A DNA stretch of 63,892 nucleotides, counting the filler, from Octopus bimaculoides (lineage: Eukaryota): the NCBI RefSeq assembly GCF_001194135.2. It is 5 parts of 4 records of this genome, joined end to end, with 100 filler letters (N's around TTAATTAATTAA, not from the genome) between each part and the next. Parts side by side here need not be neighbours in the genome. Positions count along the whole stretch, not along the records: positions 52,004 to 59,451 come from NC_068998.1; positions 59,552 to 63,892 come from NC_069000.1; 3 more parts are not named here. One strand, written 5' to 3'. The notes beneath the pieces were generated by a model that was not told the DNA's origin, made no database searches, and saw nothing but the letters and a program-made list of their open reading frames with translations. The position numbers and the translations under genes were made by a program. Shown in pieces: positions 52,380-63,892 of the stretch; position 1 is the stretch's first letter, and each line of letters opens with the position of its first letter.

Positions 52380-52610
52380 GTGACGATGATGATGATGATC
52401 ATCATCATCATCATGACGAGGAGGATCGTGTTAATCATGATGACTATGATTACGACGATAATTGTAATTATTCTTCCTTGCGTTGTTTTGTTGTTGTTTT
52501 TTTGTTGTTCTTGTCGTCGTCGCCGTCTTCTTCTTCTTCTTCTTCTTCTTCTTCTTCTTCTTCTTCTTCTTCTTCTTCTTCTTCTTCTTCTTCTTCTTCT
52601 CCTTCTCCTT
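52305..52610. repeat. Compound (GAT)/(CAT)/(GTT)/(CTT) microsatellite, followed by a partial SINE B(+) at 52625-52695
   Basis: Read directly. Confidence 0.9.
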
Positions 52611-54983
52611 CTGCTTCAATTGCATCTTGTCCGACATTACATTCTGAGTTCGAATGCTGCTGAGTCCGTCTTTACTTTCCATCCTTTAGGGGGGTNNNNN
52701 NNNNNNNNNNNNNNNNNNNNNNNNNNNNNNNNNNNNNNNNNNNNNNNNNNNNNNNNNNNNNNNNNNNNNNNNNNNNNNNNNNNNNNNNNNNNNNNNNNNN
52801 NNNNNNNNNNNNNNNNNNNNNNNNNNNNNNNNNNNNNNNNNNNNNNNNNNNNNNNNNNNNNNNNNNNNNNNNNNNNNNNNNNNNNNNNNNNNNNNNNNNN
52901 NNNNNNNNNNNNNNNNNNNNNNNNNNNNNNNNNNNNNNNNNNNNNNNNNNNNNNNNNNNNNNNNNNNNNNNNNNNNNNNNNNNNNNNNNNNNNNNNNNNN
53001 NNNNNNNNNNNNNNNNNNNNNNNNNNNNNNNNNNNNNNNNNNNNNNNNNNNNNNNNNNNNNNNNNNNNNNNNNNNNNNNNNNNNNNNNNNNNNNNNNNNN
53101 NNNNNNNNNNNNNNNNNNNNNNNNNNNNNNNNNNNNNNNNNNNNNNNNNNNNNNNNNNNNNNNNNNNNNNNNNNNNNNNNNNNNNNNNNNNNNNNNNNNN
53201 NNNNNNNNNNNNNNNNNNNNNNNNNNNNNNNNNNNNNNNNNNNNNNNNNNNNNNNNNNNNNNNNNNNNNNNNNNNNNNNNNNNNNNNNNNNNNNNNNNNN
53301 NNNNNNNNNNNNNNNNNNNNNNNATATATTCTCTCATTTGTCTTTTCCTCTTATATTTAAATGAGAGATTTCGAGACTGATGAGAAATTATAACAACGCA
53401 GTTAAGTACAGAAAGAGAGGAAGTAATGAGAAAAGAAAGTGAGGACATAAAACTCATTTCCTTTCAAATGCTATCAATTTTATTTCAAATGAGATACAAA
53501 CGCAATTGTCGAAAATAAAACGTGCTAATCTGTATGCAGCGAGTGAGCACCTAATAGATATATTATCAATTGTGAAATGTTTGTATTGACAGAGAGCGAA
53601 CAATCTACCATTACAGTGCTGTGTGGTGAAGCATAGCTTTATACTGCTTATTATTGCTACTGTGATGTAATTCAATGCAAACTCTAAATTACTTCGCAAG
53701 AGGAGGGTGCTGCTGGAAAAGAAAAGCAATGATATATCAGATTAATAGGCTTGATGTGGTCATTTGTAGGTACCAATTGCGACTTATTGGAAAGCGAACG
53801 ATATGCATGAGCGGCAGCGTTTGGGTACAAATGTGTGCGTAAGTGTGTCTACGTGTGTAATTCAAGAGTTCGTTTGTGAGAGATAAATTGAAAGTGAATT
53901 AAAGACGGTAAGGTGACATGATTATGTATCTGAATGTGTGTGTATATTTATATACGTTTACACACACATACACACACACACACACACACACATACATATA
54001 TATACATATATNNNNNNNNNNNNNNNNNNNNNNNNNNNNNNNNNNNNNNNNNNNNNNNNNNNNNNNNNNNNNNNNNNNNNNNNNNNNNNNNNNNNNNNNN
54101 NNNNNNNNNNNNNNNNNNNNNNNNNNNNNNNNNNNNNNNNNNNNNNNNNNNNNNNNNNNNNNNNNNNNNNNNNNNNNNNNNNNNNNNNNNNNNNNNNNNN
54201 NNNNNNNNNNNNNNNNNNNNNNNNNNNNNNNNNNNNNNNNNNNNNNNNNNNNNNNNNNNNNNNNNNNNNNNNNNNNNNNNNNNNNNNNNNNNNNNNNNNN
54301 NNNNNNNNNNNNNNNNNNNNNNNNNNNNNNNNNNNNNNNNNNNNNNNNNNNNNNNNNNNNNNNNNNNNNNNNNNNNNNNNNNNNNNNNNNNNNNNNNNNN
54401 NNNNNNNNNNNNNNNNNNNNNNNNNNNNNNNNNNNNNNNNNNNNNNNNNNNNNNNNNNNNNNNNNNNNNNNNNNNNNNNNNNNNNNNNNNNNNNNNNNNN
54501 NNNNNNNNNNNNNNNNNNNNNNNNNNNNNNNNNNNNNNNNNNNNNNNNNNNNNNNNNNNNNNNNNNNNNNNNNNNNNNNNNNNNNNNNNNNNNNNNNNNN
54601 NNNNNNNNNNNNNNNNNNNNNNNNNNNNNNNNNNNNNNNNNNNNNNNNNNNNNNNNNNNNNNNNNNNNNNNNNNNNNNNNNNNNNNNNNNNNNNNNNNNN
54701 NNNNNNNNNNNNNNNNNNNNNNNNNNNNNNNNNNNNNNNNNNNNNNNNNNNNNNNNNNNNNNNNNNNNNNNNNNNNNNNNNNNNNNNNNNNNNNNNNNNN
54801 NNNNNNNNNNNNNNNNNNNNNNNNNNNNNNNNNNNNNNNNNNNNNNNNNNNNNNNNNNNNNNNNNNNNNNNNNNNNNNNNNNNNNNNNNNNNNNNNNNNN
54901 NNNNNNNNNNNNNNNNNNNNNNNNNNNNNNNNNNNNNNNNNNNNNNNNNNNNNNNNNNNNNNNNNNNNNNNNNNNNNNNNNNN

Positions 54984-55057
<74 letters not shown>

Positions 55058-56256
55058 TGTGTTAGTGTGTGTGTAGTATTATGTTTAGAAAATGAGGTCT
55101 CTTGGACAACTGTCATTTATTATAGTCTCAAATCAAATTGGCTGGATGTAACCAAGACGAAACCTTGTTGAATCTATCATATGTGTAATTTGAACCTTTG
55201 CCACCCCACTGTGTCTCGCTGATTTTGTTTGACGCCTATAATAAACTAAAATAATGCTGATGAATAACACAACACCAACGCGGTAATCCAACGAATTATC
55301 ATCGTCGATAAAGGCAGAGATCCATTTACTTTTACCTACGTATGCAGTCGTGCATTTGTTTGATTCTTTGTATGTGGTAATAGTATTAGGTTACATTTCC
55401 AACATGGAAAACTCTTGTTTGTTTTCTGAAAGTAGCTTATATTTTTCAACAAGAGAAGCAGTAGTGTATTTATAACAACCACAATAGCTGTAACATCTGG
55501 GAATCTACTAACAATACACCTTAAGTAAATTATATTCTTTCGACTACTAAAGAGCTTCAAATAAATGGATTTGCAGAACAGTAAAAGACTCTATAATTAC
55601 TTTGTATGCGTCCTGTTGAGATGATTGATATATATTAACTTGTAACATCTTCTTCATATTCGGTATTTCGTATACCCTCCTGGGCCTGATAACATTTAGA
55701 GGCGGCTGGGTGGCAAATTAACTACCGTTGTTCATCGTAACATGACACAAGTGAATCTAAATACAAGTTTTTGGTAATGTAAAAGAAAAATATTATTATC
55801 GATTCTTAACCATAATAGAGAATTTAAGTTCTATTTCTTAGTATTAAGCCTGCAGTAGAGAAACTTGCTTAATGTAAGAGCATCCTACTATGCACCTTGG
55901 ATGGATAGAAACCGCAAGACATGAATAAAATTCACACGTAATTCTTTATTGTTATATTTATTAATTATGTAATCACTTAGAAATATACGTATAAAATAAT
56001 ATTTGTTGAAATGCGTAAATTTTAAATTGTTACTTCGTATGAGTCTCAGTAAGCGCAAAGTACACATGCATACCAAATGCTTTTGATTAATGCATATTAT
56101 ACGCTAAGCAGCTACAGAAATAGCTGAGACCAAATATTAGAATTTTCATTAGAGTCTTATAAGGAGCTAAAATTAAAAATAGGGAAGAGTAAAATAAAAC
56201 ATGGCTGCCTCTCTCGAGCTGAAATTAGTGAAGGAAAAAAACAAAGAAAATACAGA

Positions 56257-56308
<52 letters not shown>

Positions 56309-56929
56309 GGGGAGAGAGGGAAAGATTATGAGTGAGAGAGACGAGGTTTCCCTATATCTGGATCACATCCTAAAGATGAGGACGAGAGCGAAGTTGAAAC
56401 ATCTCGACGGGATTTGAACTCCGCAAGACCATTCAATCCGGCGTTTCACTGCCCCAATTCAACCGCTTACTGGGTATAACAGATGTGATTTGAATATATA
56501 AAGTAGCATTACCTACCTGGTTGCATTATCTACTTGAAATAGCAGCCTGATTTTCTACCGAGGAGACATTAGATAGTACGTATATAGGGATACGCAACAC
56601 CTGAACAAAATACAACGCGGTGAAAACTGTAATGATATTTATTGGTAGTGCGTTTGATCAATCAGGTATGACCGAGGGCTAAAACAACAACAACAGCAAT
56701 AACAACAACAACAACAACAACAACAGCAGCAGCAACAACAACAACAACAACAATATTAATATCAAAGTTTAAAATGTGTGCAGAGGAAATACGGTATCTA
56801 CCTCACAAGATACAGTGATAAGAGAATTTGCCATCAGAGATAAACTTGGAACGATGGAATCATGGAATTGCATCGATCAAAATTAAGAGATATCGAAGTA
56901 TTTGTATCGGTATTTAAAGAGATGTAATA

Positions 56930-57060
56930 AACGTACAAGTCAACAGGCCTTCTGAATCCAGATCCAATGCATGCAAACTGGAATTCATTACCAAGTGATA
57001 ACGTCAAATCAAAGACAGTCGACAAATAAATGAGGAATAAATTCGACGGATAGCGGTATA
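56930..57060 (+). pseudogene. Possible decayed CR1/L2-type LINE ORF2 C-terminus
   Basis: WNSLPSDNVKSKTVDK*.RNKFD resembles the 'WNSLP..VV...TV..FK..LD' motif. Confidence 0.4.
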
Positions 57061-57349
57061 TCATAAAATTTCATTGGATTGTCCAGTATTCTGAAAGGTC
57101 TCTTTGCAATTGAGTCAGCATTAGCAAGCTTTGCTTAGCGTCCATAAAGTAGCTACAGAGTAAATCCTGTTCTATGCTCTTAGTGGTATTGATTTTTTTG
57201 TTGTTGTTTAACCCTAGGCTTGCTCCGCTGAAGCAAGCATGCAATTACAGGAATACTGGACGCATTTATTTCTCATATACAATGTATACTCGACTTTATT
57301 AACCATCTCCTTCACCATACATACACATCTCTATGTATGTATATATATT

Positions 57350-58050
57350 AGAAACAAGTGTTTCAAATGTTGGCAGAGGGGCAGCAATTTTGAGGGGAAG
57401 GGTTAGTGGATTACATTGACATCAGTGTTTCACTGATAGTTTATTTATGTCTATCCTGAAAGAGGTGCTGACAATGTCTGCGTCTGAGCAATTCGAATTT
57501 AGAACGCAAAGGGCCGAAAGAAATACCGCTAATTATTTCGTCCGACGTGCTGACGTATCTTCAAACTGATAGCCTAGGATTACTTTGAAATAATATAACG
57601 CGTATTCAATCTTTTTTTCAAAAACCCAAATAAAACTAGAATAAAAAATAACTTCAGCATAGGCGCAGGAGTTTCTGTGTGCTATGTACCTTGCTTACCG
57701 ACCACATAGTTCCGAGTTCAGTGGCAACACGTGGCAACTTGGGCAAGTGTCTTCTACTATAATGTCGGGCTGACCGAAACCTTGTGAGTAGATTTGGTAG
57801 ACGGAAACTGAAAGAAGCCCGTCGGATATACATATGTGTGTGGGGTGTGTATGTTAGTGTATCTGTGTTTGTTTCCCAACATCACCTGACAACCGATCCT
57901 TGTGTGCTTATGTCCCCGTAACTTAGCGGTTCGGCTAACGAGACAGATACTAGGCTTACGGAGAATAAGTCCTGGCCTCGATTTGCTCGACTAAAGGCGG
58001 TGCTCCAGCATGGCCGCAGTCAAATGACTGAAACAAGTAGAAGAATAAAA
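57350..58050. mobile_element. Degenerate SINE B(-) at 57350-57570 and full SINE A(+) at 57660-58050
   Basis: Similarity to the other copies. The A copy ends aaacaagtagaagaataaaagaa. Confidence 0.8.
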
Positions 58051-59551
58051 GAATATGTAGAAGACCAAAAATAGGTTCTAAACGTGAAAATAGAGAAAAG
58101 ATGAATTTAGTGGTCGTAGATGACGATCTGAGCCGTTGGATTCAAATGTTTTTGAAGATCTTAGGCAGGAGTATGGTGTCTGCTAAAAGTAAGGTCCTAA
58201 CCATAAACAATAACCTGACCCCAGATATTTTGATAGCCATTACTGACAACTATGAACGGGAAAGATTTTGCTCTCACCTCGTCTAATCGTTCATAATTTC
58301 ATTCAGCCATAACAGAACCAGTGACCTGCAACATATGTAAATCAAATCATACATAAAATGAATATCGCCTACGATTGACTATCTAATTCAGAATTAAGTA
58401 AAACGAAATTGTTTACGTTAAAATCCACTTTAATTTCAAGAAGACATTGTTGGAAGCCGATACAACAATAGAAGTGTTTTTTTAGCTGTGATAGATAGAC
58501 ACAAAACCTGAGCTACTAACTACCCAAATGTCGGCTTCAAACCATACTACACCGAGGCGTATCTCTTGTTTTGTTCTGGTAAAAGGCATAATGTTTCATA
58601 GAATTTTCTTGCATTTAGCTTATCTATTTATGAAGGAACACACATAAAACAACTGAAGTTATTTATTTGTAATACTTCCTCCGATATATCAGTAAAAGAA
58701 GAAATGTTTGGACTTAGCTGCCTTGAAAGAAACAGTGTTCATATTAATGTCTCCATTAAAACTGCGTTCAGTACAGCCTTACGAAACGCTGATATTCCGC
58801 TAAATATACTTGACAATTTTACAGCTGTAGAAACACTCGCACAATTCGTGAGGAAACGTAGGATTAAGTGCAATTATGTTATGTTACTAAAGCTTTTTAA
58901 TGTTTCCCTACGTTTGTTGCCTTATTCATCGTGCATCTAGCACTGAGAATGCAAAGATTATAAGCCTTGTCGTTGTAATTGCCCTGCCGTTTCCGAATTT
59001 GTATAGAAGACTTGAGCTTCAAGAAGACTCAATCCCATATCTTTTTGTTGCACTGTAAGGAGGTCGTGCTCAACCTCTTTTGTCTTACGATATTTGTTTG
59101 CCTCTGTTGGGGTTTATTAATTTCATTTCCGAAAGAAAAGCAAGTGATATAATGAATAAACTATGAGTTATGAAATTGGCATTCCGGGGGTAATAAGAAG
59201 CTTTCTGATCTCGCTGAAGTAATTTTCATCTTTTGATATGAAATTAATGTTTCATAAAGAAAGATATTGACAGGAAAATGCCGTCACTTTTCCCCTTCTC
59301 ACGAGGATGATAAATACACTACCTGATAGAGAAGTAAAGACCACAAATCAGTGGTAAATTTGTCAAAAACTGCTCCAATAATTTGGAGAAGCTAATTTCT
59401 TGATTTACCATTCGTTTGCAAAGTTGGAATATATATTATTAATATTATATANNNNNNNNNNNNNNNNNNNNNNNNNNNNNNNNNNNNNNNNNNNNTTAAT
59501 TAATTAANNNNNNNNNNNNNNNNNNNNNNNNNNNNNNNNNNNNNNNNNNNN

Positions 59552-59607
<56 letters not shown>

Positions 59608-59713
59608 TATACATATATACATAGATATAGATATATATATATATATACATATATATAGATTAATAAATAGATAGAAAGGTAGAGAGAGAAAGGGAAAGAG
59701 AGAGAAAGAGAGG

Positions 59714-59749
<36 letters not shown>

Positions 59750-60771
59750 CAGATTGGTATGTAACTTGGTAGGTAGGTAGGTAGGTAGGTAGGTAGATAA
59801 TTAGTTATACTCTTGCAATTTGATTTGGACTCTCTGAGATAACAAGATTAAATCCAGAATTATCCATTAGTTACATGATAATGAAAGTTTCAACAACAAC
59901 AAAAACAACATTGATAATCACAACAACAACAATATTCTCTACAACAACTGCCGAAACCACCACAACCACAAAAGCAGTCACAACAACAACTATAACAACG
60001 ACAACAATCACCGTCACTTCTACCATCACCACCACCACAGTCTCAATGACAACAACGACAATGATGGTAAGAGTATCAACAGAATTTGAGAACCCAAAAT
60101 CTGAGAGCCAACAAATAAATATACAAACAATAATAAAATTAAATCAATTAGAATTTTATAAAATAAAGAAAAGGAATTTAAAATATAAGACATAACAAAA
60201 ATAAAATAACTGCATAAAAGAACACAGGAAAAAAAGTAAATGAAAGAAAAATGTGCAAAAACAAGAAAAAAAATTGAAACAAATTAAGAACATAGATGGA
60301 AAAAATAAAAGACAAAAAATAATGGATATCAGAATAAAAGCAAGAATATGGCAACAACAGCAATAATATGAAGAACAACAAGTAAAAAAATGGATAAAAA
60401 CGAAGATGAAGATGATGAAGAAGGAGAGAAACATGAATGACAAGCAATTGAAATGAGAAGAAATGTCCATTTTTAATTAAGGGATATCTGATCCTGTGAT
60501 GAAATAATGATAGTGCCAGAAGCTAGGCAAACACATCTTATTAATAGCCGCTTGCCTTCTTTTTTCCTCTCCTTGTGTAGGTAGTGTGTTCAATACTTTG
60601 GAGTTTGGTAAAGGGAGAAACATGTGTGATTTATGTACATAGGCACACACACACACACACACACACATTATATACACACATACAAGCATACATACATATT
60701 ATATATATATATATATATTTATGTATGTATGTATATATATATGTATATATGTATATATGTGTATATGTATA

Positions 60772-60812
<41 letters not shown>

Positions 60813-61619
60813 NNNNNNNNNNNNNNNNNNNNNNNNNNNNNNNNNNNNNNNNNNNNNNNNNNNNNNNNNNNNNNNNNNNNNNNNNNNNNNNNNNNNNNNN
60901 NNNNNNNNNNNNNNNNNNNNNNNNNNNNNNNNNNNNNNNNNNNNNNNNNNNNNNNNNNNNNNNNNNNNNNNNNNNNNNNNNNNNNNNNNNNNNNNNNNNN
61001 NNNNNNNNNNNNNNNNNNNNNNNNNNNNNNNNNNNNNNNNNNNNNNNNNNNNNTATATATACATATACACACACATATATATATATATATGGATGTATTT
61101 AATATTTGGGGGTTCAGTTTGTGTTCTCTCTCTTCATTATCTTATTTTTTCGATATTTGTCTATTTAATGTTTGTGTGTTTATGCATATAATTCTAGCTC
61201 CCTGCTTTCCTATTTAATCAACAGACAAACAGTCAGCTAGACATTCAGACAGACAGATAGGCAGACACACAAACAGGTAAGTATGTAAGTTGGTAGGTAG
61301 GTAGGTAGGTAGGTAGTCAAGCAGATAGACAGATAGACAAACATCATCATCATTGTCATTGTAGTTGTCAACATTATTCTCATTTTAGCATTTGCCTTTG
61401 AATTATGACTGGGTTGAATGGGTCTGCAAACACTCATTAGCTATTCTTTTTATTGAGTCATCTCCTCTGTGAGGCTCTACAAGCTGAGACTTAATGTTAT
61501 CACTTCTTCCCCTGTCTACCTTTGTGTTTCGCTTCTATGTCCCTTCCACTCGAAGCAGCACCATGCAGTGTTTCACTGCACTGTCAGTAAATATTAATAT
61601 CACATCTCCATTCCTGTGC

Positions 61620-61850
61620 AAGTGGAGGTGTGTGGCTTAGTGGTTAAGGTGTTGTACTCATGATCGCAAGATGGTGGTTTCATTTCCTGGAATGGGCAAT
61701 GCATTGTGTTCTTGAGCAAAACACTTCATTTCACGTTGCACCAGCTAGTAAAAATGAGTAATCCTGTGACGGACTGGCACCCCATCCAGGTGGAGATTTA
61801 TATACCATAAAAACTGGGAAACCAGTCGTTGTGAATTGATATGATGCAAA
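61620..61850 (+). mobile_element. CORE-like tRNA-derived SINE
   Basis: ggtgtgtggcttagtggttaagg A-box, tgtgttcttgagcaaaacacttcatttcacgttgc...aaaaatgagt. Confidence 0.7.
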
Positions 61851-63289
61851 AAGGTAACTTTATCTTTACCTTTTTTTTTATACCAATGCGAGTTCTCCTT
61901 TCTGGATATGGTTGTCGATACCTTTAATGACCAGTCATTCCTTCAGTTTAGCTAAGCCTACACTCATATGTGAGTGAATATTACATGCCTTTGATCCTAA
62001 GTCTGCTTGATTAGATGAACTTTACTCAAACATGTTAGTGATTAAAGAAAGTTTTCTTTAGCTCCCAAATGGGCCCTGATCAGACTTATGGCCAAGGAAA
62101 GATCATTTTGTTTAACCCCAATTGAGTTTTGGTCAAGCAGACCTGTGATCAAAAACATTCTAGATAGATCTCTTTTTGAGCCAATGCAGAGCTCTCTATG
62201 AGGTCCAGCTTGCAGGAGATAACTGTTAAATCTTCCTCAAATTTCCTCTACCATTTTAAAATCTTTTGTTACCAACAGAAGAACAGTTCTCTAAAGTTTT
62301 TTTTCCACTCCTTTACTCTAGCTATTTTGCTTTTCTTGCATACACCTCAAGCAGTAGTTGTTGTATAACCCCATATTAGCCCTGACAGAGCAATCCAGGA
62401 GCACACAAGTTAGCTAAATGACTAGGTACAACCCACAGAACCATAGCCTTAACCCAGTGCCAGATTTAGGCTTGGTGAGGGCCCCAAGCTATATATAAAA
62501 CTTTGATCCCACCACCTGTTAATACATTACACTAGAAGGCCTCACAAAAACATATTCAAAACATATATGCCTTTTAACTATTTCTAAAGCCCCCCATGGA
62601 TTGCAAGACTCTAATCTGAGTTTCTTTAACTTTTTAACTATATCTGGAATTGCTTTCACTGAGCTGAGAACCATATTACACATATAATTATGCAGTAATG
62701 AATTCTATGATGTACAGTGACAATCTGAATATGTATGATTGTCTATTCATGTTCAAGCTCTAGTTAGATTACTTTGTGTAACAAAATTTTAATTTTCTTG
62801 TCTTTGACCAGTAAGTGTTATTTCCTATTTGCTTCTATCAAGAAATCAAAGGAAATGACTACTATTCCCTTCAAACTTTGCTTTTCTCACTTGGGCATCA
62901 ATGTTTTGAAACTGACCTATTTTCCATTACATTTCAAACTGATTCAGTGATGAGTTGCTGAAACAGAAATATTGTTATAGTAAATATTTTACTCAATACC
63001 AAAGATTTGCTTGTCAGTTGCTTGACCTTAACCACTTGAGCATGTCCCTTCATGGCTGACCAATATATACATCTTTGATCATGAGCACTAAACAAATATT
63101 AGCCATCTTACATACTTTCTAGGGGTAAGCAAATACGAAATAACAATTGCCACCCAAGGACAAAAATCATGTTACACAGTGTTACCTAGGTATAACTTAT
63201 GAAGTATAAGTAAGAAATATGAGCAATTAATGGACTTCATTTCATGGTGAACAGTGTGACTGAGTTTGAGTATTAAAAATATCAGCTTA

Positions 63290-63490
63290 CAAGGAGAGAT
63301 AATTGTGCTGCTACAGTAAAGTGGCATGAAAGAATGATGAATGATGGGTGAAAGAAATGTGTCATTGACTGATAATGTAAGGCTTCAGAGCAGAAGAAGA
63401 CTGAGAAAGACAGATGGACGTGGTTAGACCTCAGAATATTGAGTTTCACAGTTTGAGATCATGCAGGATGGAGTGAGGTGGCAGACCCAT
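63290..63490 (+). pseudogene. Possible decayed RTE ORF C-terminus
   Basis: tggcatgaaagaatgatg...gaagaagactgagaaagaca...gtggttagacctcagaata loosely matches 'W.GHV.RM...RGRPRKTW.EVV..DL'. Confidence 0.3.
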
Positions 63491-63599
63491 CCAACACATA
63501 CACACACGCGCACACATTCACATAAATACCTTGTTTTGCATTTCTGTACTTTCATACATGTATATTTGTATATTTTATCTTTTATCTTTTATTTTTTGT

Positions 63600-63892
63600 T
63601 TGTTTCAATCATTGGACAGTGGTCATGCTGGGGCACCACCTTGAATGGTTCTTTTTTTAAAACTGTTACTTATTCTATCAGTCTTGTTTGTTGAATTGCT
63701 ACGTTTTGAGGACATAAAGAAACCAGCACCTGTTGTCGAGCAGTGGTGGTGGTGGGGGGCTTCTTGCAGTCTCCATCCACCAAATCCACTCACAAGGCTT
63801 TGGTTAACCCAAGGTTATGGCATATATATATATATATATCATCATCATCATCATCATCGTTTAACGTCCGCTTTCCATGCTAGCATGGGTTG
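63600..63892 (-). mobile_element. SINE A fragments followed by the 3' end of an RTE-type UTR (63838-63892)
   Basis: caccaaatccactcacaaggctttggt and (CAT)n cgtttaacgtccgctttccatgc. Confidence 0.7.

Noticed and set aside
55164-55235. 72-nt phase-0 candidate exon ASNKISETQWGGKGSNYTYDRFNK
   Set aside because: Weak donor (gtttcg), no Dab similarity, and expected by chance in this much sequence.

Overview
AT-rich, microsatellite- and SINE-dense eukaryotic DNA, most likely an octopus draft scaffold (inferred from the repeat families). It has 11 ordinary N-gaps and 4 artificial 100-bp joins (44N-TTAATTAATTAA-44N). The only host gene I can support is part of a Disabled (Dab) adaptor gene on the minus strand. 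Three phase-0 exons (43744-43833, 41934-42041, 38431-38517) splice in frame to give the C-terminal helix of the PTB/PID domain, an acidic linker and a YSVP motif formed across a splice junction. A possible in-frame cassette exon lies at 42790-42885. I could not find the upstream PTB exons or the downstream exons. The rest is tRNA-derived SINEs, LINE remnants (RTE, L1/Tx1, R4/Dong, CR1-like), an internally inverted Tc1 element, mariner/pogo/piggyBac MITEs, two HINE-like elements, a fold-back element, minisatellites and simple repeats. Nearly all ORFs in the supplied track are microsatellite or N-run artefacts. I found no CRISPR array, rRNA or genuine tRNA gene, and no clearly new biological system. 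The best lead is the modular phase-0 Dab tyrosine-motif exon block, which is surrounded by inverted repeats that could affect splicing or RNA editing.
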